A DNA stretch of 64,000 nt from Antedon mediterranea. Taxonomy: Eukaryota; Animalia; Echinodermata. Positions 11,700 to 25,550 of this stretch are shown piece by piece. How positions within the stretch are numbered: the stretch's first letter is position 1; each line of letters starts with the position of its first letter. The translations under genes were made by a program, and so were the position numbers. Under the pieces are notes generated by a model. That model did not search any database. It had not been told where the DNA came from and worked only from the letters and a program-made list of their open reading frames with translations. The stretch is from positions 5,885,812 through 5,949,811 of the forward strand of contig NC_092675.1 in assembly GCF_964355755.1 (NCBI RefSeq), read 5' to 3'.

Positions 11700-13464
11700 A
11701 CAGAAAACTTATTGAGATTGTCGATGATCTATAGCCTCTTCGGTTAAATAGATTGTTCATCGGGATGTGGTTGACAATCATTTAGAACAACATCGGCATT
11801 GTTCGAACTTGTTTTGCAATTGATTGCTTCACTGGAATAAGTTGATGCATTAAACTACAAATATACTATATTTTTACTTTAGGTTATATAATCATAGAGT
11901 CCATTATTAAGTTTGTTATAATTATGACTTCTGTCCTTAGATGCTATCATCGTCATGCAAATGAAGTGATGTGGTCATGCGCAAAGGTGACTTGACACAA
12001 ATAGGGGTTATTTTCTGGAATGCTAATCATGCATGATATTATAGGCACCGCTTCTGTGACTGGGGCCCGTATACTCCTAATGATTTACATTCATTAGGTA
12101 GAATACATTATATTCGTTATGACATAACTAGGCATATCATATAAGATGTTTATGACCATGTGGTCTTTCTCAAATATTCTTTTTTACGTAGGATATATGG
12201 TATACATGATTTCTAGGTTAGCTGAATTAATTACCGATTGTTTTTTCTTGAAACTGCCTTTTAAATACAAAAGAAATGTTGTCGGGTTAATTAAGAATTT
12301 TAATTAAGGCTTTTTAATAAAAGCATAGTATGTAATTCGCTTTCAGCAATACCAGGTGCAGTTTTGGTTGATTTGCATAATTAAATATTTTCATAAACAC
12401 AATTCTTTCAACTAAGTCTATATTTCATAATATTATGATTTGCTAATTATGATCTTATGAAAGCTCTTTTTACAATTGAATTTTATTATATTTATGCATA
12501 ATCAAAGTTCAATCAATTAGTTTCAGTTATTTAATTAAGCTAAGACAATATTATGTAGGCGCGCGCAGGCAGTCATTTCAATCCATTCTCATTGTTTGAA
12601 TATTTTAATAGTGGCATAGAGTGATTCTTAGACAAGTACGTCGTATTATTATTATTCCAGAATACTCCAGTTCATTCCATCTCTTTTTATTTTGGTGATT
12701 CCAATTGTGCTCTGATTTAACATAGATTTAAAGTATCTACAAAACACATACATCATAAAATGTGTAGCCTAAATAATATTTCGAAACTGGTACAATTAGG
12801 CCAAATGTAACTTATTTTGTAGTCATAGGAAAACTATCTTCATTGAGTGTTCACAAAATATGATTTTTATTGACTGATGAAGTCACCCTCAATTTAAGAC
12901 AGAATACTCTACTACGAAATTTAGAGAAAATCACTAACAGAACAGTGGGTTAAAGTTTAAAAACAAAATGTAATATTAAAAATATAATCGTATAACAATA
13001 TGTGAAGATCAACTGGTATACCGTACTTTGGATAATTAAGTCACATCCTAAACTTAACTAAATACTGGTTGTGTGCATTTGCTACTGAATCTGAATTGTT
13101 TATACTCTTTAGGCGCTAAATGCAAAGTAGTTCAAAGTAGTATTATTGAGATTGTTGATGATCTCTTGACCTCTTCGGTTAAATAGATTGTTCAACGGGA
13201 AGTGGTTGATATTATTGTATATATATACTGTATATGTTTCAGTAACATCATTTGGAACAACGTTAGCATTGTTCGAACTCGTTTAGTTAATAGATTGTTT
13301 CACCGGAGTGGATATATTAAACTAGAAATACCCCATTTAGGTTATAAAACCAGAGTCCATTCAAAATGATCGACAGTTATATGCTTATTTACCCACAGAT
13401 GGTGTGCTTTAATTTGATCTGTGTTGTGAAGTCAACTCAATAATTGTTAAACATTTCTACAGCA

Positions 13465-13815
13465 TTCCTTTCTTTCTTCTTTCTTCAGCCCATATCGTCC
13501 CACTGCTGGGCAAAGGCCTCTCCCAATTGATGCCAGTTGTTCCTATATTTTGTAAATCTTGGCCATGCTGTGGTACCGACCTGTCTAACGAGCTTATCCC
13601 TCCATCTCGAATAAGGTATACCTCTCTTTCTTTTCCCATATAATGGTTGCCACTCCGAGTCCGTTGTCAATTGTGTCCATCTATTATCGTGTATCCTTCC
13701 TATATGTCCTGCGCACCTCCATTTTGTATATTTTGCTGTCTTTATTGATAAATAACATACTTTCACGTCATCAACACCGAGTTTGTCCTTTTTCTTAACC
13801 CATACTTGTATGTTA
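13465..13815 (-). mobile_element. RTE-clade LINE 3' fragment
   Basis: KWRCAGHIGRIHDNRWT...WQP..GKRKRG.P..RWRD...W..LGEAFAQQW, followed by a GAA-repeat tail. Confidence 0.85.
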
Positions 13816-14488
13816 ATCAACCTCTTTATTTATTCAGCAAATATTTTACTACTAAAAACACCTTTCACGTAGTCTAACCATTTGGATCGAAAACTCGAAT
13901 TGATTGAATTGTCAATCACTTTTTGGTTTCCATTGTCATTTTCAAAGAAGTTGGAATTGGAAAGTTTTGGGGTTTTGAGCTTAGAACAACTTGTGAAAAA
14001 TCGGTGCGATTACGTCGGATTAACCTGAACCATGGAGGTATACCTCCATGCCTGAACCAAGAATTAATGGAGGCAGTTTTTAAAATTGTATATTTGTATA
14101 GTTTAAATAAAACAATTTATCTGGATTTAGAAATGTATTTATAGTTTTACCTGCGATTTGCGAATCTAATATATTACAATACTTAAAATTAAAAAAGCAT
14201 TGTTCACAACTATTATGTAAACAGGATTGAAGTTAAACAAATTTACATTAGTGTACTGTCTCACTAATCTTAAGCCTAGTAATACAAATATATGTTAAAA
14301 AATGGAATCTTGAATTCAAATGTATCATGAATTATTGGGGTTTATTTTAAATATCTGAACTTCCTTCGAAATGGCATTAGTCTGAAGCAATACCGCTGGG
14401 CTTGGTGTTACTATTAGTAAATAACTTTTTTTATCTGTAGGCTTGTATAAATATAGTTTGTAAAATGTACGGTATTTATTTATTCCTA

Positions 14489-17400
14489 TTAATTCCAAGA
14501 AGCGTTGTTATCCTCCATTTTCATAATTAATCCTCCAGCTATTCTGTCACACTTGCGTTTATAGTATCTGCAAAAAACATTTATTGATTAAAAATCTAGA
14601 ATTTGTTACTTCTTTGTTGTTAGTTCATTACTTACCATCAAATATTATATCATATTTAATATTTTTGTTTACGTACGTCAAATTTATTATTTTCTATTTA
14701 TTTTCTGTAAAATAATTTAATTTATCTATTTATAATAATTATGTCTTCTTGCTTGACCTATGGCGTAATTACTGTTTTGTTTTGGTGTTTTTTTAAATAA
14801 TTTTGTTGATTTTTACATCTGCATGTCATTGATCTCTTTATTTCTGGTAATTGAATACAAATAATATTTGCCAGAAATAGATAAATCACTTCCCAAACCT
14901 TGCTATGATGATGTTTGCTAATACCAATATAAGTACCATGATACCAAGAACGGCAACGGCTGCTGTCAGGTAACCACGTGTGACGTCAGATACATCCTTA
15001 TCTTGGGATGAAGCTTTAAAGACTAAGAATTCATAAAAACGTTAAGATGTATTGTCAATGGCAAAAATGAATTCCACAAATTTATGTGTCGTACGTTTGC
15101 TTCATACTCTATTATTTCTGATAAGTTGAAGGAGGATTGGTTTATTAGAAACCCAGATCCTTCTGTTTTTGTCTTAAAGAAATTAGTGTTTGTTGTGTAT
15201 AGGTTTATAAACAACCTTACTCTTTATCTTAATGAGAATGACTAAGTGAAGCTAATTTTTTTAAATTAAACTTGGGAATAAATAAATCAAATGATATTCT
15301 TGAACGAACTAAGTGTTTGGTCCGCTGTGTAAAACAACCCTACACTTTACCTTAATTAGAATTACTACATTGAAGCTAATTATTTTATTAAACTTGTGAA
15401 TAAATAAATCAAAATGATATTCCTAATTACATTATTTGTACGTTAAATTTTATACTTGTTTTATATCATTACAGTTTGATGTTTATACATTTGTAAGTAT
15501 GTAATTTAATTAAAAATGAACTTAAATAAAATGTATACACTCCAAGAATGTTCTACACCTTCTGTTTGGTTATAATTTATAGGTAATAGTTATAGATTAG
15601 TATATGACGACATTTTAGACCTACCTTGTGGTGCCTTGGGACTTGTAACATCAACAAAAAAAGAACAGTTGCCATTGTTTCCAAATGAATTAGTTACTGA
15701 ACATGTGACCTGTGTTGATCCACGTGAAAAGAGATCACCAGATGAAGGTATGCAGGTTGCCACTAAATCGCTATCAAAATCATCCATCACCTTTGGATCA
15801 TTCCATGTCACTGGTTGCAAAGATTCATCAGAGCACGTTGAGATGCTGTGAGGACACATAACGGTAGGGACATCTACAAAAGAAAGGAAGTTGATTTAAA
15901 TAGCAAATAATGTACGCATATCTTGCTTAGATGATTTAACATTTATATGTATTAGGTGTATTCTACAACTCTATATTTAGAGTTTGACTTTCACAGTTTT
16001 CTTCCATAACTTAAAAAAATATATGATTGTGGGTTCAGAAACACTTTGTAGAATAGAGTGCAGTTCCGGTTGTAAACGGTAACACGTACCACTAATAATA
16101 ATAATAATAGTAGTAGTAGTTGTAAAGGAAAACCTTTAATAAAACTTTACCTGGAATGAATGTATGACCTATGACATGTACAACAAACGAACAAATGCCT
16201 ACATTTCCAGTACCATCTGTTGCCGAACACGTGACAATAGTTGAACCAACGTCAAAGATTGATCCAGATGCATGTGTACACGTTGCTGATATATCTTTAT
16301 GTACGTTGTCGATTACTGTGGGTTCGTTCCAAGTTACAGGATTTTCAGACTGGTCAACGTCATGGTTCACGGTAATGTGTTCGGGACAAGTGATGGTAGG
16401 CTCTTTGTCATCTAAATGTTTGTTGTAGAATGTGTTATAAAATAAATTGTAAAACATCACAAGTAAGTATAATATAACAAGTACCTTTGATTTTTAGTGT
16501 TTTTACTAAGCAACGATTAACTAATATTTCTTTTATATTTATGTTGTATTAACATTTCTCAATTTTGCCATAAAAAGTCTCTGTATAGATATAATAAACA
16601 AAATTGTCATTATGCATGCTGAATTAGTACCGTACATAAAATATCATCATTGTTTGGCAATCACACTCCAAAAGATTAGATGCTACAGTATTTATCTGAA
16701 TTCTTTAAAAACAAGGCCATATAGATGGCTGCAGTCGCGTGCTTAGTGTTTACCGACCGACCGACCGACCAACCTACCAACTGACCGAAATTACTGAACA
16801 TGTTTAAAAATGTTGAAATGTTTAAAAACAGTTATATTTTTTTAATTTACACGTGCGTAGCCTGTCACATTTGACGTGCTCGTTTAACGTAATTTCGAGT
16901 TGAAAAGTAAGTCAAGAAAACAGAAATCGGGAAAAAAGAGTGCGCAATAACATTTAACGTGCAGTGCGCGCACAAAAATCTGGGCACTCATGGCAATTTT
17001 GTAAACGCTTAAAATTGCCTGAAACGTTTTAAATGAAATTTTAAGCGCGCGTACGCATGCGTTACATGCGCTACGCACGTAATTGTATTGCCATATGTTG
17101 ATTTATGCCCTGAAATATATGAGTACCAAATTTTATTTAATTGTGATTCATGGTTGTGAAGATATGATTACAAACGTGATTTCGTTAAATCGTGCGTTGA
17201 CCGCGTACTTTTTTATTTTGCACCGTGAAAACATAACCACATCGATTCCTGGCCATAAGGAATATACTGTGAACAATTGACTTAGCTAGATTAAACTGAT
17301 ATCAAGATAAGGTCAGAAAGCAATAAAACGCATAGTGATACCGGACCGACAGACAGACCGACAGACTGACAGACCGACCGACCGACCGACATAGTGAACT

Positions 17401-20400
17401 ATAAGAGTCGCTTCCACGCGACTAAAAACATTCTAGTCGAGTATAAATTATCTACAATATTGTAGTGACGTATACGAAAATGATACAACTTAAGTAGTTT
17501 TTTGTTTTATGTTATATTCCATCGTTGTGTTTTACCCGGAAAGAGTGAAATTACACACTTCCCTGGTTATACAGGGTAAATGACTAACTTTCAGTTCTTC
17601 CGTAAAGCGACTAATATTCTTAAATACTAACCTTTGACATGAACTACAAACGAACAATTGCCTTCATTTCCACTTGGGTCAGTTGCAGAACAAGTAATCT
17701 TGGTGAACCCAACTTCAAATAAGGATCCACATGGCTTTGAGCAAGTGGCTACTGTGACACCGGTGTTTTCAATAACCGTTGGATGTTGCCACCTAACAGG
17801 ATTCAAATTCTGATTGACATCAGAACTTATCTCAATATCCTTTGGACACAAGACATTAGGATTCTGTACATCTGCAACATGGAATGGAAGATAATCATTT
17901 CCTAACTAATGTTTCCATAAAGAGAGTCCAGAACAAAATGTTGATTTTCAATTGCTACTGTTTTGTCCAACTGGAAGGGTTAGACTCTATAAAATAAACT
18001 AAAGATGTACAAGGTATTAACGGGTTTGCCGTTAACCATGTTACTATAATAGTCTGATAAAATAATTTCTTCTAGCTTTTGTATTACTAGATAACTATCA
18101 GGACAGAGGCATTACGCTAAACTCTGTGCGAGCTGCTGGGTTCTGGATAATAGGTGGTGTGGCATCTGTGTCAGGATACTTTCATGACTGCACAGTATGT
18201 CTTCGACGTACAGCATACATAATAAGCCAGTAAATTCGTCGAGAGCGTTTCATATTCGTAAGTACGTGTACGTCGGTTACGTTGCGGCAGAAATTATTCT
18301 TAATTGAGAACCAAGCTTAAGTAGTAAGTAAGTAAGTGAATATCCAAATAGCATTATACACCATTGGCAGCATGTAGTTTACAGTTTATTTCATAAACCC
18401 TAAAAATAGTTTACGTACTGCAGCAACATTTATTAATTATACACACCTTTGTAAACCTTTACTTCACATAAAGTGATTATTCCCATCGCTTTAGATACCG
18501 TAACGTACTTTCCAGAAATAGGCGGGTTACAGGTTAGTTCTACTGGATTTCTTGAGATTGCATCTCTGTGTGAAATCCTCGAATCACATTGTGAATTATT
18601 TGAAAATGGTGAAACTTTGCTATTGCCAACACGAACCTCTATATCTGCTAACCTCTCCTCTTAAAAGAAAACAAAAATGAAAGTTAATAACCAATAAACG
18701 TGAAATGCGGTAAAAGCACAATGGATTTATTGCTGTTCAAATAAATAGCAAACAGGATCAGGCCTAGAGATAGGTTGCACATTAACTTAATAAAGAACTT
18801 ATTAACTGTTTTAAAGCAGATTTTTCAGGTAATTTTGGGTGTTAAAATTTACCTGTAATAAACGCCCCCTAGAAACATCATGTCATTTTAATGTCATAAT
18901 AATTATTCTCCAAAAACAATAGTTAATTAGCCTTGTTTAACTGTTTGTTTTTGCCTGTTTGTTTTTAGGTTTTTTTCGATGAAGGGGAATATTCAAATTT
19001 CATCTTTATTGCTAAAGATATATTAACCCCCTAAAAAAATGGGGTTTTTTTCAATTTTTTGTTTTTGTTTTGAATATGCTATTTTAATGTCACATAATAG
19101 TTAGGCCTATTCACTTTGACAAAAAACTGGAGCGAAAAAAAAAGTATTTACCAGAAAAATGTAATTTAAGACAAAAAAATAATTATATTGTCAGAAAATG
19201 GTTGTTGGTGAAAATTAAACGTTTCTTTTGTTCTTCTATAAGTGAAATAATGATTTCAGTGAATAACTTTATTAAAACTGCAAAATAGCCTATTTAAAAT
19301 CGGATTTTGTTACTCTTCATTTTTTTGGAGGACAATACACCTTTTAGGGTTAATACAATTTTAATGTAGTCTTACCACAACAATTGTCTCTGTTATATAT
19401 AACAATCTTCGAAATGACTGTTTCCGTTCCGAGGTCAACATACCACCATGGATTATTCTCTGACTCTTTCAATGAAATAATGATACGGTTGAATTAATTG
19501 TATTAACTGTTTAAAACGCAATTTTTTTTTAAACTTTACCTTATTGCCAACAAAAACAGCATAAATATAAACAATCTTCATTGAAAAAAGGTGATAAGAT
19601 TTAGTTAAAAGAAACTAGTCAACGATTAACACCAAATAGTAATATGAAATATGTCATATGTTGAAATAATTAATTTAACGTAATGTGAAGGACAATTTAA
19701 AAAGAACGAAGATAATTTGAATCTGAAGTACATGCACTCATGCCTCAGACGTGATGTAAAGACAGTTTTGCAGGAAGAAGGCGGAACTTAGTAAAGCATG
19801 AGAAAGCGCCATTTTGGATTTCAAAATGGCCGGAGAATGCACAACAAAAGACTGTGGATTAATAATTGGTTGGTCTTGTCTATTTATCTATCTTGACTTT
19901 TTTACAATATTTTATAGGTTCGAAATAAAAACCAAATGCGTGTCAGTTGTTTGTAGGCCTAATTAGACCAAAATTCAAATTGATGTTTTGGATAGATATA
20001 TGTTTATATAGTAGCCTATCCAGTTTGACAAAACACAATATACATGATTTTGAACTGTACATATTAGGCCTATAGTATTATACTGTAAACCTGGAAAAAT
20101 ATAAACTTCCAAAATGGCCGCTTTCCCCTGACCAAATTGTGAGCAATTTTATGTTTTTGATCACACCAATGAATAACTGTTATAGTTTTAGAATTTGAAG
20201 GATTTGACTCAAATAAGCACATACTGTAACAGGCCTAATGGATTTTCATCTTTTTCGTCGTAGTTTCACAAATATAAAGTAATGCGCATCTTGCTTCTGT
20301 ATCCATTTTTTTCCAAAATTTAAATATATTCTTGCCCAGACAAATCTTTCGAAATTGTCGTCTTCATGTTTCATTTTACTTATATGCCATCATGTCAAAA

Positions 20401-21701
20401 ATGTACTATATGTGGGTCCTGTAATTTCTCCTATGCGAGACTGTTTTACTTATTGTTATGTTATATAAAGGTTCATACAAATATTATGTAGAATTCGTTA
20501 AAATATCACTTACTAGTGTGCGTGCATGTATGGCCGTTCTCGTAGTTTCCATTTGTTCTGCCGTCAACACCGCGTGCAGGAGGACCATTTGCACCTGTTG
20601 AACTTTGTCTGGTTTGTTTAAACTCCGACACTAAACAATTTTGGGAAACGTACATTAAGCTACTTATATTCATCAATGGTATTAAACTGTATATCATAAT
20701 GATCAATATCTATAAAGATAGACAATTGCATACCCAACAGCGAGAACAAACCAATTACAGGATGGATACACTATTTTATATGTATAGTGCTTATAAAGTG
20801 TCATTTGAGGCTTACGGAGTGGAGTTGAAAGAGTCATGAGTTACAAAGATTGAACCCAGAACCTTGGGATTGGAAGGCAAGTACGTTAACCACCACCACG
20901 GGCAGTGTACGGACTGTAAATTCATAGACGAAAGTGTAGGGATATAGTCACATATTACAAGAATCTTGCCTCTCCATCCATGCTGTCATTTGGAATTATC
21001 TATCTGATAAGTTATAGAATCATCATTCAGCAAAGTAGAAGATTATCTGTTTGCAGAAGACACAAAGACATTTGAGGGAAGATAAGTCTGTCACTAATGT
21101 ATTTTTTCAATCAATCAATCGTTCGATTTATATAGCGCCATTCCAACAGTCATTGCTCATGGCGCTGCCAAAAACAACAGAAAATGTGGGTTTTGAGTAG
21201 TGAAGGTGCTCAATAATGAGGTTTGTTTAATGTTCAAAGGTAGGTGGTTCCAGAGGCTAGGTCCAGCAATGCTGAAGTCCGATATCCCCAACTATGTTTG
21301 CTCCTCGGAATGTCCAGTAGCACCTGATGACTACTGTAGATCCTAGATCTGTTGTCAACACAATTTTAGGAGTGTTATTTCGTATGGTCTGTCTATCAAA
21401 CAACAAGGCACTGAGCTTGAATTATCAAGATAGGCTATTTAATAGATTTGGTATGTGGTTCTTCGACGAATTCATGCAAAGATGTCAAATTCTAGGCTTT
21501 GTAGGCCTATGTGTATTGCTATTAATTTTATGTTGGTACTTTTAAATATCCTATATCTGATTTCTATTCAAGTAAATTTGCTATGCACAATTTCGATAAC
21601 TTACCTAATTCAAACGAATCGTATGAAGACCAGATTATTCTGGATTTCGATATATGCAGACAAGTCATAAAGCAGACAACGATGTATTGTGGTACAATCA
21701 T
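14489..21701 (-). CDS. F-type lectin + 3x HYR type I membrane protein, paralog B (9 exons, ~489 aa)
   Basis: Same exon structure as paralog A: 21701-21605, 20630-20514 (TRQSSTGANGPPARGVDGRTNGNYENGHTCTHT), 19465-19376 (NNPWWYVDLG...IYNRDNCC), 18659-18447 (EERL...GKYVTV...TLCEVKVY), 17871-17632, 16411-16151, 15873-15625, 15022-14899 (TM), 14567-14489. Open frame throughout; H-X26-R-x-N-X4-R matches the F-type fucose motif H-X26-RxD-X4-R except D>N. Confidence 0.88.
16711..17428 (+). mobile_element. Helentron-associated (HINE/DINE-1-like) non-autonomous element
   Basis: Starts acaaggcc...gcagtcgcgtgc, carries (GACC/GACA)n microsatellites and ends with hairpin agtcgc-ttccac-gcgact plus an A-run. 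Inserted in an A-run that is empty in paralog A (~6591-6600). Confidence 0.7.
17960..18215 (+). mobile_element. BEL/Pao LTR-retrotransposon integrase zinc-finger relic
   Basis: 18093-18215 translates NYQDRGITLNSVRAAGFWIIGGVASVSGYFHDCTVC, resembling the BEL/Pao pattern HQGRGITLN.IR..GFWI.G....V...I..CV.C. Absent from the paralog A intron. Confidence 0.7.
19015..19345 (-). mobile_element. Kolobok-like MITE copy
   Basis: Reverse-orientation copy, aaagatatattaacccc...gaggacaatacacctt, in intron 3 of paralog B. Confidence 0.55.
20780..20900 (-). mobile_element. tRNA-derived SINE remnant
   Basis: gtggttaacgtacttgccttccaatcccaaggttctgggttcaatc. Confidence 0.5.
21108..21345 (-). mobile_element. L2-type LINE 3' end in intron 1 of paralog B
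   Basis: Minus strand reads SSHQVLLDIPRSKHSWG..FSIAGPSLWNHLP (frameshifted), then gcgctatataaa and a (GATT)n tail. Confidence 0.65.
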
Positions 21702-22224
21702 CTTGTAAGAATGTTCAACCAGAAAACAGTTTTGGTATGCATGAATAGTGTTCACCAGGTAACTGAAGTTACAACCACAATTTCCTCATAATGATCGTAC
21801 CAGGTCACGTAGGCAGTTGGGCAATATCCGTATAATTATTGCATTGGATTGAATTTCACACTTATTTGTTGTATTAGGCCTAAAGAAAAAACAGACTTTA
21901 GTATAAAATAAAATGACACAGAAGTGTCCATAGGTTAGGCCATGGAGAAATTTCCTCCATGTCTAGGCCTTCCTCCTACATACATTTAGCCCTCTAACAT
22001 AGGCCTACGTAAAATAATTTTGCCCAAATGAAAAATCTATACATTCAAACGTACGTGTGACACTATTTTATTTATTTATTGTGTCTTTATAATGCAAAAA
22101 AAAATGTGATGTGCCTATATCACTACCATATATTTGGGAATATCACTGTCATATTTGGGCATATCACACTTTTTTGGAAAACTACTTTTGGTTGGATACC
22201 AGTTATAGTATAAACAAGAAATAT

Positions 22225-25200
22225 TTTTTTTTTTTTTTGTCTTGTGTGGGGTCTTCCCACTTTTATTATAATTCTCAGATTTATATGTATATATATTATA
22301 TATAAAATAAAGGTACATTGTAGCAATTAATTATTTGTATGAATATTTCTATTTCTGTTGTATATTACTAAGATTGTTACAAGTTAACAAGTAGTTAAAA
22401 AGTAGGCATATTTACATAAAAAGATGATTAATTTCAATATAATAACCATGCTTTCATTTACAATTTTAAAAAGATGTTAATTAAAATATAAAGATAAAAG
22501 ATGGTAATAAAAGTCTATGAACTGTCATTAAAAACGTACTTATAAAATCTTGTTCATGTTCTGGTAGAGAGGCTATAAACTCAGAGGAGGAATATAAAAT
22601 ATCCTCCCTTTTCACCAAGACAAAAAGGATGAGATGAAAAAAGAGGAATGCAAAAGTTTGAAAACTAGATAAGGATGATAGAGTGGAATGAAATATTTAA
22701 ATGAAAACCGTAAGGTTAGAGTCCATACACCGTGCAAGTCCAAGATGCCATTTTGGCTCTGTGTGTATGTGAGACGCTTCATACCCGATGACATCTTATT
22801 ATAATACTACTTCTACTTCTGTATACAATTTGTAATTGGGAAATAAACAAAACATATTGCATTTTAGAAAACATGAAAAAAAAAACACTTCATACAGACT
22901 ATATTCATGCTATCAATTGTAACAGAGTTTCCTTTTTTGCACCCCATTTACGTTGTGCCTTAATGAAGTTACACATATGTTCATTTTCTATTAGATTTTT
23001 AACTTCAGCAGTGAAAAGAATCCAGATCTTTTTTTTATCATCTTTATCTTTTCTTCCACCATTGGATATTATGTGTACCTTGTATATACAGAATAAAAAC
23101 ATAGAAATCAATTCATTTACAATATTGTTTTTTGTTCCTGTAACAATTTTAAACCATGTAATATTATCTTCAGCTGGAAAGCAATTAGCCAGCACACCTT
23201 TAAATTTGTGCCATGTCCATTGAATGGCATTGCATTCAAACAGCATGTGCTGTTCACTTTCTATCTGATTTATACAATTGTCACATAAATTAGTTTCTGC
23301 CAAATTCCATAATTTTAATCTTTTTTTACACGGTAATATTCGATGTAAGAGTTTACAGTTGAATTGAGCAACTTTAACTATATGTTTCATCTTGTATACC
23401 TTATAATACCATACTTTATTCCAATCTATTTCTACGTTATTTAGCTCACATTCCCATTTTCTTTGTGAACCTGGTTCAGTGGAACGTTTGTTTATAAAAT
23501 ATTTATAGTAGATAGATCCTTTAATGTTCTTATGCAACAATGAGTCATTATTACCTACATCTTGATTATTTGTATTGTCTTTTCTAATAATTTCTTTCCA
23601 CCCATTTGGTATGGCATTCATAAGCTGTAAATATTCGATTAAACCATTATGTTTTTTATACAAATTTGAGATTATTTCACCTGCGGTACATACTCTATCA
23701 TTTATAAATATGTCCGAATTACTTTATAATCAGAATATAACCATGATTTGAAGTACAATGATTTATTGTTAGATAGTATAAACTTATTTTCCCATAGTTG
23801 TTGATTTTTTATTTCTATTAAAGTTGTTGGTTCTGAATACACAATATTATTAAATTTTACAACAGCATTAATCATGTTCTTGTAGAATGTAGGCATATCT
23901 CTCAAGTTAGCATGATCATGTACATTAAGTTTAGTACTTTTTATTGTATATTCAATTGGGTGAAGGAAATATTTTGGTATGCATTTCCATTTACCTGGAT
24001 CTGGACTTAACAGTCGCTTGACCCAATTCAGTTTAAGTGATTCAACCACAGAGCTAATATCTGGCATGTTTAAACCACCTTCCTTAATATTTTTAATTAA
24101 GGTTATTCTCTTTATCTTTTCCCTTCTGGTTCCCCATAGGAACGTATATAATAGTTTTTCTATTTGTTTAACTATATCTTTGGGAACATCAATTATACTT
24201 GCGTTATATATAAACTTAGACAATGCAAGTGTTTTAATAATAGTTATTTTACCAAAAAAGGTAAGATTCCTTCTTTTCCATAAATTTAATACGTTTTCTA
24301 GGTTGGTCATTTTTTTGTCCCAGTTTCTCTTTTCACATAAATGCTTATTGTAACCTATATGGATTCCTAAAAATTTAACAGGTTCACTAGTCCATGTAAT
24401 ATCTAATGGTTTTGAAACACTATTTTCGTTTACACCAATCCACATACCATTTGTCTTTTTTCTATTTAATGTTAACCCTGAAACACTACAAAAAGACTCA
24501 ATCTCATTAAAGAAATATTTTAAACTACCTTCGTCATGTGAAAAAATTACGGTGTCATCCGCTAATTGAGCAATTTTAACGATATTATCATCATCGTCAT
24601 TGCTATTAGGTAACGTAATTCCTATACATTTAGAATTATTTCTGATATTTACTGCCATTATTTCTGATACCAGAATAAATAGCAAAGCAGATAATGGGCA
24701 GCCTTGCCTCACACCACACTCCATTTTAAACTTTTCTGACAACCATCCGTTGTTTACTATGACACATTCTGTTTCTTTATACATAACCTTTATCCATTTG
24801 ATAAATGAATTTCCAAAACCAAAGAGTTTTAAAACCTTAAACAGCAGTATTCTGTCTATTGAGTCGAAAGCTTTCGCATAATCAAGAAAAACAATAGCAC
24901 CTGTCATACTTTTTGCTTTTGTGTAGTCTAGTATGTCGTTTACCAGTCTTACATTTTCTCCTCCAAACCTTTTCTTAATATAACCTTTTTGATCTTCATT
25001 TATAATGGAACCTATAACGTTGTGTAACCTATTAGCTAGAATGTGAGCCAATATTTTATAATCCACATTAAGTAGTGTTATTGGTCTCCAATTGTTTAGG
25101 TTTTCCCTCTGTCCATTTTTGTATAAAAGATTAATAATACCTCTTCTTTGTGTTGTTGATAACATGCCTTTAACAAAGCTATAATTCAATGAATCACACA

Positions 25201-25550
25201 ATAAATATTTTACATTCTCCCAAAATGTACGATAAAATTCTACACTTAATCCATCAATACCAGGACTCTTATTTATTTTCATTTTAAAAATCGTTTTTGT
25301 GCATTCTTCGACTGTTACAAGACCTTCACATTTTATTACATCTTCCTCTAACAACGTTTTTAATTTTGTGTGCTTTAGATATTTGTTCATATCGTTTAGA
25401 GGTATTTCTTTATTAGAGTATATGTTTTTATAAAATAGAACTTCTTCTTTCAGAATTTCATCATTGTTAGATGTATATTTTCCATTACTTTTTAAAACAG
25501 ATTTAATGTGTTTTCTTTTAGCATTATTCTTTTCTAACCCTAAGAAGAAT
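22225..25550 (-). mobile_element. 5'-truncated Tx1/L1-clade LINE (ORF2 RT + C-terminal CCHC), one frameshift near 23700
   Basis: ORFs 23702-25390 (KSPGIDG, NWRPITLLNVDYKI, LDYAKAFD, GVRQGCPLS, LADD, KFLG) and 22905-23663 (C..C....ESEQHMLFEC). The frame extends upstream to ~25550 (FFLGLEK...FYKNIYS). The 3'UTR ends in AATAAA plus an A-tail at ~22225-22267. Confidence 0.92.

Noticed and set aside
12872-12910. Second possible hammerhead (ctgatgaagtc...gacagaa)
   Set aside because: GAAA core broken and no stem I or III found.
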